Shown: positions 22,817 to 36,897, counted from the first letter of the whole stretch. The stretch is 63,721 nucleotides of DNA, filler included, from Aduncisulcus paluster (GCA_024181965.1; 11 parts of 11 records of this genome joined end to end with filler, not necessarily neighbours in it), one strand, 5' to 3'. Made by a program: numbers and translations. Notes: generated by a model from the letters alone, not told the origin.

Positions 22817-23762
22817 ATTTAATAGTCCGAACAAATTTTTATCTTTAATCCTATGGTTCTTCATTTCATTTGTGTCTTCAAGGTTAAACATAAATTTATC
22901 CTAAAAATCCGTTTTGTCTTTGAAATTCACACACTTATGGATATTTTCCCATCTATTGTTGATCATATTGAAGCCGTATGTATATTTTGTTTTCTATGAT
23001 AAGGAGAATACTCCCTTTTGATTCGCATATCCATTTGGTATTAATATCTTATTGTTCTAACATATTATGATAAATTAGGGGAAACATATTTTATTAATAG
23101 GATCCAAAGAGAGAAGTAGTTTCATTTTAGGAACTGTCGATCCAATATTTGACACTTTAGATAGATACGATAGGAAAGACTCTCTCTTGTCGTCAATAAT
23201 AACATATTTGCATCATAAATTTAAATCACGAATAGAAATAAGAGGAATTCAAGTTATAATGAGCAAGCATTTGAAATTAAGTTATTAAAGGCACAACTTA
23301 TGTCCTCAAACTATGAATAAATTTAATAGTCCGAACAAATTTTTATCTTTAATCCTATGGTTCTTCATTTCATTTGTGTCTTCAAGGTTAAACATAAATT
23401 TATCCTAAAAATCCGTTTTGTCTTTGAAATTCACACACTTATGGATATTTTCCCATCTATTGTTGATCATATTGAAGCCGTATGTATATTTTGTTTTCTA
23501 TGATAAGGAGAATACTCCCTTTTGATTCGCATATCCATTTGGTATTAATATCTTATTGTTCTAACATATTATGATAAATTAGGGGAAACATATTTTATTA
23601 ATAGGATCCAAAGAGAGAAGTAGTTTCATTTTAGGAACTGTCGATCCAATATTTGACACTTTAGATAGATACGATAGGAAAGACTCTCTCTTGTCGTCAA
23701 TAATAACATATTTGCATCATAAATTTAAATCACGAATAGAAATAAGAGGAATTCAAGTTATA
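22755..23762. repeat. Exact 504-bp tandem duplication
   Basis: 22755..23258 matches 23259..23762, covering the 3' end of one gene, the spacer and the 5' part of the next gene. Confidence 0.9.
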
Positions 23763-24802
23763 AATAACCATGTATTTGATTTATCAGCCCCATACACAAA
23801 ACTAACTCCTCTTACTCCTTTATTTATTCCTATGGCAATTAAATCAAATCCAATTGCTAATTATACCTTTGATAGAGACGATGGAAGATGGTTTGGTGGG
23901 TATAAGCCGACAGTTTATAAAACGTCAACTCCAATGGCTTCCTTGAAGCGATTATATATTATGCTCAGATTATCCGAATGGAGAGCTATTTCTCACACGG
24001 ACTCTTCTAAATTTATTAAAAATGTCCTTCAACAATCCACAAAAGGAATCGCTTCTCCCACCCCAACTTCCTTTCTTGATTCCCTTTCCCCATCAACAAA
24101 ATGTTCTTCATCTCCTTCCTCCTCTCCCTCTTCTTCCTCTCTGTCACCCAATTTTAAGGCTTCATCAGCATTATATTCTGCATCCATTCACCATCCAAAC
24201 CTTTCAACATATTTCACCCAACTTCCTCCTCTCTTTCCTCATACGACTTCATTCATGCCACCACCTTCTTCTTCATGCATTCAAATATCCATTAATATCG
24301 GTGGCACTCCTCGCTTTACCCTCGTTCTACTTGATTCTCTCCAACCTATTTTTAGAACATATAGTTTGATAAAGACAGAAGTTGATGATTCTATTCAACA
24401 ATATTTAGAAAAAGAACAAGAGAAAAGAATTGCATTAGAGAAGGCAAAACAACAATCGGTTCATCCTCAACTTTCTCAAGAGACAGAATTAGATACATTC
24501 GATCCTTTTGATATTGAAACAAAGAAAGAAGGTAAGGTAGAAGGTAAGGTAGAAGAAGAAGAAGAAGAAGAAGAAGAAGAAGAAGAAGAAGAAGAGGAGG
24601 AGGAGGAGGATGCGATTGAAGTTGAGAATGCACGCAGACAATGGGAAGAAATGAAGAGCAAGATGGCTCTCTCTTCATCCATTCCCTTCCCAGCAAAGTA
24701 TGGAACGATCTTAAGGATTCTCAGAACCCCCATGTTTATCTCATCGTGCCATAAATCCATTGTTGTGTGCTCTGACGATGATTCTGATGATTTAGATTGG
24801 AT
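23441..24802 (+). CDS. Hypothetical protein with one intron (23480..23582), 3'-truncated
   Basis: Exon 1 MDIFPSIVDHIEA (23441-23479), then GTATGT...CTAAC(23561)...TAG. Exon 2 GKHILLIGSKERSS... is in frame with ORF 23691. Contains Ser/Pro and poly-Glu tracts. Confidence 0.75.
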
Positions 24803-24902
24803 NNNNNNNNNNNNNNNNNNNNNNNNNNNNNNNNNNNNNNNNNNNNTTAATTAATTAANNNNNNNNNNNNNNNNNNNNNNNNNNNNNNNNNNNNNNNNNN
24901 NN

Positions 24903-27900
24903 CAGAGGTTGAGTTCGCAGTGTCATTTAGTTGGAGATAATCAACGGCAGAAACGTATCCAGACACGGATAGATCTCCACCAACGTTCAGCAAGGTTCCA
25001 GTAGTGTTGGTCAAGGCAAGGGTATTCAGTTCAAGGGATGTGGCACTGATCTCAATGGGAGCGTCAAACGCCAGGGAACCGCTGGAGTACGTGATGGAGG
25101 TAGCGCCAGAGCCAAGAGAGATAGAAGAGCCTGTTAAGGACAACGCAGAGGAGATGCTCAGCGTACTGGAACTCACAGTGGAAATGGTCACAGCATCGGT
25201 AGACACGGCATCGTTCTGGAGCACAAGTTCATGGGACAACACATATTGCTCATTCGTGGAATCGTACGTCAGCGAGGCGGATTGGGCAGTGTCGAAGTGA
25301 ACGATCTTGTTCACGATCACAGGGGTGGAGATGGACAGACTTGTGTTGGCTGCACTATATGAAATGGCAGCACTACCAATAGAAACAGAGTCTGCAGTCA
25401 GAGCACCAGACACGGTCACGGGTGTCGAAATGCCAAGAATACTTCCGGAATAAGACATTGTGACATCTCCACTTGAAAGAGAAATGTAAGATCCATCGGA
25501 TTCAATGGCTCCAGAAATGCTGAGAGCAGAACTATTTTCACTCAAGGAAACAGTACCAACGTAAAGAGTACCATCAACTGTTACATCTTCATCAAATGAA
25601 GCACTGTTACCTATATTCAATACACCACTGCTATCTGAAATATAACTTCCGTCCTCACCGCCGATTATCAGGTATGAGCCAGTGATAATTAGAGATTCAT
25701 CGATAGAAAGACCGTAGGAAGCAGATCTACTAAGTTCAATAGTGTCTATTGTGACAGATCCGTTGGTTGATACTGGAGAACTCACTGTCAAAGTTCCCGA
25801 AGAATCCGTCAAAGAAATCAATGATGAACCCATTGTAAAAACATCACCCTCCAAAACTAATTCATTTCCTTCAATCGTAAGATTATTTGAGGAAGCATTG
25901 AGAGAAACAATGTCAGATGCACTATCAACATTGATCGAAAGTCTATTTGAAGCAGTAACGATATCATGGGAAAAGTGGAACCTATCAGAGTCGTATTTCA
26001 TTGATGATGAGCTTGTGGAATCAAATTGGATGGTTTTAGATGAACCTTCAATGACAATGGAATCGATATTGAATGTTGTATCGAGATCAAGTCTTGAATT
26101 GTCAGAAGAATAAGATAACAAGGAACTACCAATAGTCAAAGAATCAGTAGCAATCAAATGGTCTGTTGAAAGGTTTCCCTCTGTGGAATCAATGTTATAT
26201 AAATACATTGTTCCTGAGTCATATTTAAAGACTGAGCCGTTGATTCCGATTGGATGGCTTGAAATAAGGGCAGATTGAGTTGAGGAATAAGATAATGAAA
26301 CTGTATCACCAACCAAAATGGTATCACCATCAACATGAAGATCGGTGCTAATTTCAAGGGCGGAGGTTACATCATCAAACGTTACATTTGAAGTACCGAT
26401 AGTGATTTGTGTGGCTGTTACCTGATTTGAAGAAAGGTGAGGGGTGGTAAATTTATGAGATGCAGCGAGTACAGATGTTGCAATGTTGTACTGAATATAA
26501 ACGTTTGAAGTCTCATCAAAAGTTATAGTCTTCTCACTTGTTGATGTTCCTGTCAGAATTATTCCACCCTGTGATGAGATAGTGTTGTCACAACTAATAG
26601 AATCTGATGAGAAAAGGGAGGGAAGAGAGAGAGAAAGTGAAGAAACAAAGAGTGAATTATCACCATCAATTGACAGTTTCCCTGTAATGGACGAATCAAC
26701 AGAATCAATCAATGTGAGACTTTCAATGGCCTTGATCTGCGAATCAACATTCAAAACACCATCAGATCCATCAAGTTCAACATTCGAAATGACAAAAGTT
26801 TGTTCAGTTTTAAAGTGTTTTTCAGAGATAAGTCCATCAAGAGAACTAGAGTATTTCAAGATTGCACCAGAAGATGTAACACCCAAGAGCATTTCACCTC
26901 CAGACACAGCTAAATTGGAGGATATCCCAAGACCAGCGGGGGATGAATTGTATGATAATTCAACGGTATTAGCATCTCCGATTGACACAACTTCAATATT
27001 GGCAAGGGGAGTCGTGATAATTGGTGTATATACTTCCTGATCAATACTCACTTGAGATCCATCGAAAGAGAGTGTCCCAGAGCCAAGAGATGGATGTTTA
27101 AGGACAAGGGATAAGTCCATCAAGAGAACTAGAGTATTTCAAGATTGCACCAGAAGATGTAACANNNNNNNNNNNNNNNNNNNNAGAGTGAATTATCACC
27201 ATCAATTGACAGTTTCCCTGTAATGGACGAATCAACAGAATCAATCAATGTGAGACTTTCAATGGCCTTGATCTGCGAATCAACATTCAAAACACCATCA
27301 GATCCATCAAGTTCAACATTCGAAATGACAAAAGTTTGTTCAGTTTTAAAGTGTTTTTCAGAGATAAGTCCATCAAGAGAACTAGAGTATTTCAAGATTG
27401 CACCAGAAGATGTAACACCCAAGAGCATTTCACCTCCAGACACAGCTAAATTGGAGGATATCCCAAGACCAGCGGGGGATGAATTGTATGATAATTCAAC
27501 GGTATTAGCATCTCCGATTGACACAACTTCAATATTGGCAAGGGGAGTCGTGATAATTGGTGTATATACTTCCTGATCAATACTCACTTGAGATCCATCG
27601 AAAGAGAGTGTCCCAGAGCCAAGAGATGGATGTTTAAGGACAAGGGATTGGTTCACGGTAGCGCTAGTGCTAATTATAAGATCAGAAGCCGATCCAGTTA
27701 TCAGTGCTTCATTAATGTATAGATCTCCTTCAACCAGATAGTCTGTTGAAATCACTGCGCGGGTGTTACTTGAATCCCAACTCAATGAAGAAGCTTCGGA
27801 ACCGAAGTATAAGGTATCACCAACAATATCCAATGTTTGTGCAATTCTCAATTTTCCATCAACTTCAAGAGCATTGGACGACTGATGTGATTTAAGAGTT

Positions 27901-30900
27901 GTCCGATATCCTTCGACTCCAATGTCCACTTCGTTTGCATACAGAGTATGAGATGGGATACCAAAGTCAGAATCTGTTTCAATAGAACTAAGATCCCCAT
28001 TAAAAGTCAAGGAAGAAGTTCCAAATGTCATTGTTTCTGGAACATACACAATTCCCGTCAGAGAAAGATTTGTATTTAAATCAACTCCATCAGACCCAAC
28101 ACTAAACTTGTAGGTATCACCGACATAATAATCATCAGATTGAACCGGAGATTCACTCAAAAGTCTTCCAACGGGGGATGTAGAAGCCGATATATTAACA
28201 CTATTCGTCGGATCAAGAGTGATAAGTTGTGTTTTGACGTAGAAGTCCTTGTTAACACACACTCTCCCACTCTCATATGTAAGTGCACCCTCAGCGGAGG
28301 TACCAAAATTTACAATGGGAGCCCATACAGGATTTGATGTCGACAATAAGTCATCGGTTGTCGTAGTAATTGTAGTAAGATGGAGAACAGAAGGACCTAC
28401 CATAAACTCACCGAAAACAGTTGTGGGAGTGTCAATGTGCAACTCTCCACTGTCGTGACTCATGATAGTTCCATCAATCCTAACTGTTCCATCGGTTGAA
28501 ATATTACTTCCGCCATGGAAGTCAGTATCAACATTGAGCCTAGTGTTTGTATCGTCCCAACTCAGAGTAGTCTTATTTCCAGAGAGAACCAAATAACTTC
28601 CTTCGATCTTCACTGGGGATGAAGAATACAGGTAAGCACCATCATTAGTTTTAGCAGTGAGATACGTGCTCGTGTCAAGTGTTAGCTTTGAATTAACACG
28701 CATGGGACCTGATGACCTGAGTTCTCCAGACACGTCACTGATTGTGACAGTATCAATAACCATTGTATTCAGTCGCATATTTGTACCCTCAGTGGTGTTG
28801 ATTGTCTCGGTGACACCATCATACGTCAAATGAGTCCTAACACTCCTGGTTGCATCAAATATTTCAAATGTGGGAGAGCTTATCAATGTACTAACAGAAG
28901 CTTGTAAGTCTTTGTAAGAGATGATAGAAGATGAAGTACTGTCATATTGAATACGAGCATCGTTTTGGAATGTGATATATTCACCAGAGATATTGACAGT
29001 ATCCGTAAAGATATCCAACTGATCACTTGTATCGGCACAAATGGCCACACCACCAGAAGTAGTGATGCAATCTCCTTCAAGAACGAGAGATGAGGACAAA
29101 ACAGTATCTGTCCCGTCATAAGAGAAGTTTGATGAACCACCGCCATTCTTCATAATGAGGGAAGTTGCAGCGAGAGAACCTGAAATATCAGTATTCCGTG
29201 AAATATTTGTTAAACTCTCTGATCCATCATATGACACAATAACATAGCCATCTGTTTCATTTCCGACCCGAAGTGAACCACTATCCACGCTTAGATCCCT
29301 GTTTGATTCCAAAGATAGATAATCAGTGTCACTGGTAAGAACAGAATAACCAATCCTCATTTCGTCTCCTACTGAGAACCCAGTTGATACATTGAGCAAA
29401 TCAGTTGATTCATCATATGATATGGTAGAATCGCTTCCAAACTCGAGAATTGAGGTTCCAAGCTCAATACCGTGTGAGAAATGGAATAAATCTACATCTC
29501 CCGAACCTCCAACAATATTGTGAGTATCAGTGAGATGTAAAGTGGTATCAATCTTGACTGGATCGGAGATAGTCAGAATATTGCTGCTATTCCTGTCAAC
29601 AACAGTTGCTCCAGTCACTCCAGTTCCAAGTATAGTGAAAGTGAGTGCAGACATGTCACCAGAAGATCTCATATCATTACTGAGATAGAGGTGGGATGAT
29701 GTGTGAGTAAACAATGAGTCTCCAATCTCAACGGATAGAGGAACAACGAGGTCATGAGAAAGATCAACAACATCGTTAACAGAATCATACTCGAGATATA
29801 CATCAGAGTCTAAGAATAATTTTTTGTTAACACGAAGAGTCTCATTCAAAACTACTCCAATACCATCCTCATAGGCAAAAGTTCCACTTTCAGATACACT
29901 ACTGTCACCTACAGTGAATTGTTGAGCTTCTATCCCATCAGAGGAGGATAATAACACTGGGGTGTCAATAGAAAGACCCAATGAAGTGGATATAATTGAA
30001 GTCGTATAGTCACTAGAGCCAAGATAGAGATTACCACTCTTGATAGTTGCATCTCCACTCACACTAAGGCTAAGGTTTCCATCGGAATGAGTCATACGGA
30101 GTGTGGGAGGAGTAGTAGTTGAGTCTTCCTTGAGTAGAGAAGAACCCCCAATCGCAAGAGCAGGGGATATCGAAACAAACTCTGTTGATGGGGAGTATGA
30201 AATTGTTCCTACAGTTCCGGAATTCTCAGAGCCAATGATAATTTTTGTTCCTGAAAGATCAAGGATTGGAGCATCGATTTTTAATAATTCATCGCCACTA
30301 GAGGAACTATTTGGATCGTAGAAAGATATTGAAGCACTCTTAGAGTTGTCAGAAGTGAAAATATCAACTGTTGTAGCATTTAAAGAAGTTGTCGTTGTGG
30401 TTTCAACAGTGAACTCATGGGATCCACTGATAGTCAAGTCAGAATCCAAAGATGTGACACTCGATGATCCATCAAATGACAAGATAGTACTTGCAGTAGA
30501 GTCAATCGAATCAACAATGGTGAGGCTGTCGACAACCTTCAGTGACGAATCAATGGATACTCGTCCAATGCCGGCTGGAGACGAAGTGGTACCGTTGATG
30601 ACGACACCATTCAAATCTATACCAATTGAACTCAAGCGTCCATCGATATTAAGGGAATCGGATAAGGACACATATGACCCGTCAAATTGAAGAACAGAGC
30701 GAACAGAATAATCAGATTCTGTCGCAATTTCGATCGAATCCGTGACGTGAATTGGGGTGTTAATATATAAATAGGCATCTGAAGTTGATGCTGGTTGTGA
30801 AGTGAGTGTAGCAGCTCCCAACTTTGCAACAGCATCCACAATAGTGAGAGATCCATCTATTTTCATTGAATTTGACACGTTAAACAACTCATCTCCTCCA

Positions 30901-33900
30901 ATTCCTTCAAGTCCAATATATCCATAACCAGAACTTCCATCAATACTCTTCATTCTTATGCTGTTCACAATCTCAAGGGATTTGTTGATAGCTACAACAC
31001 TGGTCTCTCCAAGATCAGTGCTGGTTGAACTAGAATATGTGAAAGTGGCATCGGACAGTGACAAACTTGTGGCCACAGCGAGGGAACCAGAGAAAGAGGA
31101 AGCGGGGGAAGTGAAAGAAAGTACAGAGGAATCATTAGCAATTGAAGCTTCAGACAAAGAATTAGCAGAATCAACGATCATTAACTCATGCAAAAGATGA
31201 ATCTTGGAGCCAATATCAAGGGTGTTGGTCGAGGGAACAGCTTCAAGAGGAATTCCATTGATGACAACATTCCCTGATGAGGTCACAGATCCACCCACCT
31301 GTAAGGCAGAGGAGAGAGAGGTACTTGAGCCGGCAAATGAAAGAGTGGAGTAGGAGTCGTCCGACAACAATGATCTGATCTCTAATTCTTCCTTAATACT
31401 AACTGCGGTTGAAACAATCATTTGGCCAGATATGCCTTCAATCTCTGTTGCTCCGTCTCCAATGGATATTGTTCCAGCAATATTTAACGAAGAGGCATCA
31501 ATATTAACATTGGATGCACCTTCGATCTTCAAAGAGTTTGCAGAGTACACAAGAGCAACGGAATCAGCTGAGGAGGATGAGGAGGCAGCAATTGCCACAG
31601 AAGTTGGGATTCTGAAAGGAACTGTGGAAGATATTGAATATCCTGTGTCGGAACTCAGAACAGCATTTCCAGTGCTCCCAATAGCAATAGATCCAGTAAA
31701 ATGGGAGGAAACAGCATCGATTTTAAGGTTTCCATCAGATCCGACAACACTGGCATCTTTTTCAGTGAGAGTGACAGCATTTCCAATCACGAGATCGTGT
31801 GAAAGCATCACTGTTCCCGTGACATCAACATTCACAATGGCGTTTGTGTTGGCAACGGGATATACCGAAAGTTTGTTATTAGTTACACCATAAGACATGA
31901 CAGAATCACCTAAACGAAGTGTGTTGGTATCAATAGAAAGACCGTCTGTTGAAGAATCGTAACTAAGTGCTATTGAATTAGAAGACAAAGTCAGGGTATC
32001 CTCATCGATGTGAAGGGAAGAGGAGATATTCAACCCATTCAGAGCATCATCGAAATTAAGAACAGACAAATGGGAAGTGTCAGTTGATGATACTATAGAT
32101 ATCTGCTCTAATTGAAGCTGGGATCCGGGGGCTATCTTAATGGGATCCGACACAGTGATATACTCTCCATTGAATGTAATCTCGGCTGCATCAGCAAATG
32201 TTTCGAGAGGAGCTGGAGCTTGCAATAGAAGAGATGCCGTGGAAAAAGCATGTGTGGCATATAGGCTCAAAATGTTTTGGGAACCATCCTGTTCAGTGGA
32301 AATAAGAGCACCCGTTGATCCGATATAGAGATCATCGTTGACATATACGTCATTATAAACTTTGACTATTCCAGCCGTTGTACCAGATTCAAAACTCACT
32401 TGACCACCATCCAAGAAGAGGTTACTCCCAGTAATAATTACATCCCGAGAGATTCGAAGACCATCAGATGTTCCAGTCATAGTGGCAATCTTTGAGGAAT
32501 TTGAGGATGAGAGCGTAATCGAACTCCCAGCTGTTGATAATTCGGTCGAGAATTGAAACTTTTTACCGCCATCTGTGACTCCTCCATCGATAACAGAGAG
32601 AGTTACTGCATTGTCGTAAAACCGAAATGTTGATTCAGCGCCATCAAACACGGTCCAACTAGCAGACTCACCAACACTCAACATGGGCATTTTAACAGGT
32701 GTCGAGATGGTGAGGTTTCCAGCACTCTGAGCTAAGACAGACGCTGAAGATGAGGCTCCGATAGAGATGTCATCGGTGGCATACAGCGATCCACCATGGA
32801 GAGTGGGCAGAGATACATCTGTTGATATCGTGAGGGTGCTTCCAGAGCTATCCCATGTGAGAGAAGAACTCCCATCGGCAAGGGAAAGCTTGGAACCAGA
32901 TATAATCAACGAATGGGACAAAGAGAACAAGTTTGAACCAAAGACAAGTGATCCAGTACCAACTCCAGCACGAAGAGAGAGCTCTCCAATGCCTTGAATG
33001 GCACCCTCAATACTGACACCACCTCCCACAGAAAGGGTGGCAGAGGAAGCAGAAAGACTCACGGCAGAAGTTGATCCACCGACCAAAATATCGGTACATT
33101 CCACACTATCCGTTTGGAGTGGAAGAGATGACACTAACATTCCACCGGAGACAGTCAAAGCAGCGGTTGAACCTCCATTTGTTATATTGACTGCATTGGC
33201 TGAGAGTGAAGATGTGACAAGAGACGAATCAAGGACAAGACCGGCAGAGTTGTAAGAGAGCACTGAACTTGCCCCGCTCCCATCAGAAGCATTTAGTTGA
33301 ACTTGAGTGACTTGGATGGAATCTGTGGCAAGTGGAACATGTGTGGCAATAACACTCTCGGATAGAGTTATCAAACGAGTTGAATCAATTGCAAGAAGCA
33401 CGGTTGAGGCAGCTTCTGAAGCAATAACAAGTTGTTTTCCACTAGAAGTATCGGGTTTATAGGTCAAGGAATCCTTGTCTTCAACGAATGGGGCATAGTT
33501 TTGGAAGAAATATGGATCCCCATTCGATAGTTTGCTTCGATTATTAGCACTAGTATTTCTATTTATAGAGACAGAATTCGGTTTGACAGGTCCAGAAGGT
33601 GTGGAGTTATTGTCTGGTGTCGAAAACTTCGAGGACAATCTCGCCCATGTACCATCATCGCTTGAGACGTTTTGATACACCTTTTTGTTGGCCACAGCTT
33701 CTTCAAGCGTCGGAAGGGAATCGACAGAGATCAAGACAGAACCAGCGATATAACTAACACCACTCATTGCTGTTCTTTGCGACACATTGAGTGCTGATGA
33801 CAGACTTGTGAAGATCCCGTGTAGCTCTGAGCCATCGCCAAGAGTGTTGTCGTCTCCAGTGATTGCAGCAAGAGTCAACGAGGAAAGGGAAGGAAGTTCC

Positions 33901-35915
33901 CAGGTGAGGACCTTCCAACTAAGGAATCCAATGGCTGCCCCTAGTAAAAGTACAATAAATACAATGATGATACTTATAACACAGAAGTTATGTGAAATTC
34001 GACGATTAATAACAACCTGGGGTTCGGCTTTCTCCTGCTCCTCTTGGATTCGTCTTAACCGTCTGGTTTCTTTCTCAAGAGCTCGTTTTTCCCTCTTCAT
34101 GAGCTTTTCTTTGAGTTTACGCTCTTTCTCTTTCTCTTTTTGCTTCTTTTTGGTTTTCTTACGTTCTGTGGTGACACTTTGGGAAAGGTCAGCCAATGAC
34201 TTAGCGATTTCTTTGTCAGCTTTGAGGGATTTTCTGAACATGGGCACCTCTGGAAGCATTGTTTCATCGGCAAGAACATTGATATCCTCATCGCTCTGTT
34301 CTGGGTTAGAATGATCGGCCATCGAGTATTCTTTGTCTTCTTCCTTTTCCTCGAGCCTTTCTTCTTTATCCTTGTCTGCAGCTTCAACAATAGAATTGTT
34401 ATCGTTGACGGCATCACCCTCAGAACATAAATGGATATTAACGGCATCCTTCCCTTCTTCATCTTCGTCAGACAGTTCCTCTCTTTCTTCTCTCTCTTTT
34501 TGCTTCTTTTTGGTTTTCTTACGTTCTGTGGTGACACTTTGGGAAAGGTCAGCCAATGACTTAGCGATTTCTTTGTCAGCTTTGAGGGATTTTCTGAACA
34601 TGGGCACCTCTGGAAGCATTGTTTCATCGGCAAGAACATTGATATCCTCATCGCTCTGTTCTGGGTTAGAATGATCGGCCATCGAGTATTCTTTGTCTTC
34701 TTCCTTTTCCTCGAGCCTTTCTTCTTTATCCTTGTCTGCAGCTTCAACAATAGAATTGTTATCGTTGACGGCATCACCCTCAGAACATAAATGGATATTA
34801 ACGGCATCCTTCCCTTCTTCATCTTCGTCAGACAGTTCCTCTCTTTCTTCTCTCTCCCCCGCACTGCCATTCTCTTTCTCAGACCCATTCCCAGTCGATT
34901 CATCATGTAAGTCACGAGGAGTGTGCTCTTCAGGCCTGGAAGAGAGTGCACCACGGGCTGAGGATTCTCTCTCCAACACATGGGCGCGCTTCACAGATTT
35001 CTTCACACGTCGTTTGTGGTGACCCGTAGGTTTGTCGAGCTGATCTAGCTGGGTTGAACGTTCTTCTTCGTCAACAACCGCTTCTTCTTCTTGATGGGAC
35101 AAGAGAACATGCGGAAGGTCAAGAGTGGGGACATCGGCATTGGTTGAGGAATTATCCTTCACAATAGCCTCTTCAATTGATACGGGATCTCCAAGGAAGG
35201 CGAAAGTCGGAGGAAGGAAAGAACTTGACTGCGCAGAGGGCATCTCAGGACTAAGGAGCTCTGGGACATGTTCATTTGAGCTATTTGGATTGCTGATAAC
35301 CGTGGGATCAGCGGGAATCTTATCGATCTTACTTGATTCCTGCACTCTCTGCGAAGAATCCCTGGGGGAATGAGATATCAGGGGTGGAGGAGAAGGCGAT
35401 GCGGAATGTAGAGTGGAGGTGACATTAAATTGAGACTTAAATTGTTGAGTTTTCGAAATGGAGGGTAGCCCAGATTGAGACCGGGGACTTGAAAGAGGTG
35501 GAAGCATCTCCTTGGATACTTCAGGATGAGTACTTAACTGCTCTATGGGGGATTCTACAGTAGATAAATTTGGATTTTCTGAAGCTACCATTGGAGATTC
35601 TTGAAAATCCAGAGATACATCAGGAAGGATTTGTTGAATGATATCTTGTGCATATGGATTTGTTACGCCCTTAATATCATCTAATATTGGCATAGTTGGA
35701 GCAGTTTCTTCAGGTACAATGGCAGTTATTGATGGAATTACAACAGAAGGAGGATTTGAAGAAATAATATGAGAAGGAAGAATAGAAGAGGTATCTGCTT
35801 CTCTAGAAGGAGATTCTAGGGGTTGAAAAAGGGGTTTCGGGGAGTCTTTCTTATTCTTCTTCTTGACCTTGCGTTTTATACGCTTTTTTACAAAATTAAC
35901 ATTCATTTGCGGCAT
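24903..35915 (-). CDS. Giant type II single-pass membrane protein with beta-repeat (fibre/adhesin-like) ectodomain, >3,300 aa, 3'-truncated
   Basis: ORFs 35915..27185 and 26648..24903 are one frame once the gap duplication is removed. No signal peptide; basic/Pro-Ser/acidic N-terminus, coiled coil, one hydrophobic helix FCVISIIIVFIVLLLGAAIGFL (~33920-33987), then ~2,700 aa of S/T/G/D-rich alternating-hydrophobic repeats. Confidence 0.88.
26649..27648. repeat. Gap-flanking duplication (464 bp) plus a 55-bp third copy; assembly artefact
   Basis: 26649..27112 matches 27185..27648; 27110..27164 matches 26827..26881; 20 N at 27165-27184. Confidence 0.9.
34133..34856. repeat. Exact in-frame 360-bp (120-aa) tandem duplication
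   Basis: 34133..34496 matches 34493..34856, with a 4-bp TCTC overlap at the junction. Confidence 0.92.
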
Positions 35916-36385
35916 TATGGACTAAATTGAGCAAAAAATGATATAAATTAGAATAAACTATAGGATTATTATCAAAAAATACAGAAATGAAAGGAATATT
36001 CCTTTATACTTAACAAAAAAAGAAAATTATTGTGTAGCCGGATATCTAATTCTTTTTATTTAAATCTAAGGTTAAATTGAAAATTAATATGATTATAAAA
36101 TGACTTGATAAACTCTGAAGCCGGGTGTAATACATCATTGTATTGTAGAACGAAAGACGTAGGTCCAGAGTGACTCTGATGGGAGAAGGGGGGTAATATC
36201 CACAAATGCTGACAAAAATATATATACAGAACACTATAAAAAGGGATTGCAGAAATATTACGCATTGCAAATATTGATTTCGTTGGAGAGAAGGATTTGA
36301 TGATCTATGAAAGAGGTTCCACTTTCGAATCACAATATTTAAGATTAAGTATTGGCAATGATAAATCATTTAAGAGAAGGTTGAG

Positions 36386-36682
36386 TCATTCTTTAGGCCT
36401 ATATTCCATGATTTCATTCATAATGCGTTGAATTCTCTGTAGAGAAATAATAACCGATGGATGGTCACGAATATTCCCTCCTGAAGCTCGAATACGTAAA
36501 AACTCAGCAACAGTAGCAGTGAAAGCCATGGCACTTAAACCTTGGGCCTTATCAAGTTGGGTTTCTTTTGAACTGATTAAGTCATCAATTGATGGATATT
36601 TTTCAAATATTTTTGAGAGATTTTCAACTACTTTATCGATATCTTCTTCTAATTTTGTTAATACTTCTTCAAAGTCAGTCAT
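36386..36682 (-). CDS. C1D: C1D/Rrp47 (Sas10/Utp3/C1D family) nuclear exosome cofactor
   Basis: DKAQGLSAMAFTATVAEFLRIRASGGNIRDHPSVIISLQRIQRIM parallels the family pattern AK..L..AY.......YL...G..P..HPV..EL.RI..YM. Confidence 0.75.
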   Translation of the reverse strand: MTDFEEVLTKLEEDIDKVVENLSKIFEKYPSIDDLISSKETQLDKAQGLSAMAFTATVAEFLRIRASGGNIRDHPSVIISLQRIQRIMNEIMEYRPKE

Positions 36683-36823
36683 TGTTACAGAAATGGTGAT
36701 TTGCAGTTATTCTGAGATATAAGCAATATTATGGACAAAATAAAAAAATATTTGATTAATATTCGAATATTATTGGATATAGGCTACGAAAAGAAAGATA
36801 GAATTTTCCAAAAACACCAACAC

Positions 36824-36856
36824 ATGGCATATTGTACTGCCGGTTGCAACCTGTAG
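36824..36856 (+). promoter_or_regulatory. Candidate upstream ORF (MAYCTAGCNL*) in the BZW/5MP leader
   Basis: ATG at 36824 after a C/A-rich tract, TAG at 36854-36856, ending 41 nt before and out of frame with the main ATG at 36898. Confidence 0.4.
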
Positions 36857-36897
36857 TACCGATCTATTCAATCGGGAGATTTTTTTGGACGAACGGA

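Noticed and set aside
22755..23762. 504-bp tandem duplication as a real gene duplication or LTR pair
   Set aside because: Identical copies cut through two genes at arbitrary points, at a scale similar to the gap-flanking duplicates. A gap-closing artefact is more likely, though reads are needed to be sure.
24847..27648. 758-aa ORF as a separate paralogue of the 2928-aa ORF
   Set aside because: Its start lies in a chimeric duplicated block beside a 20-N gap; removing the block makes one continuous gene.
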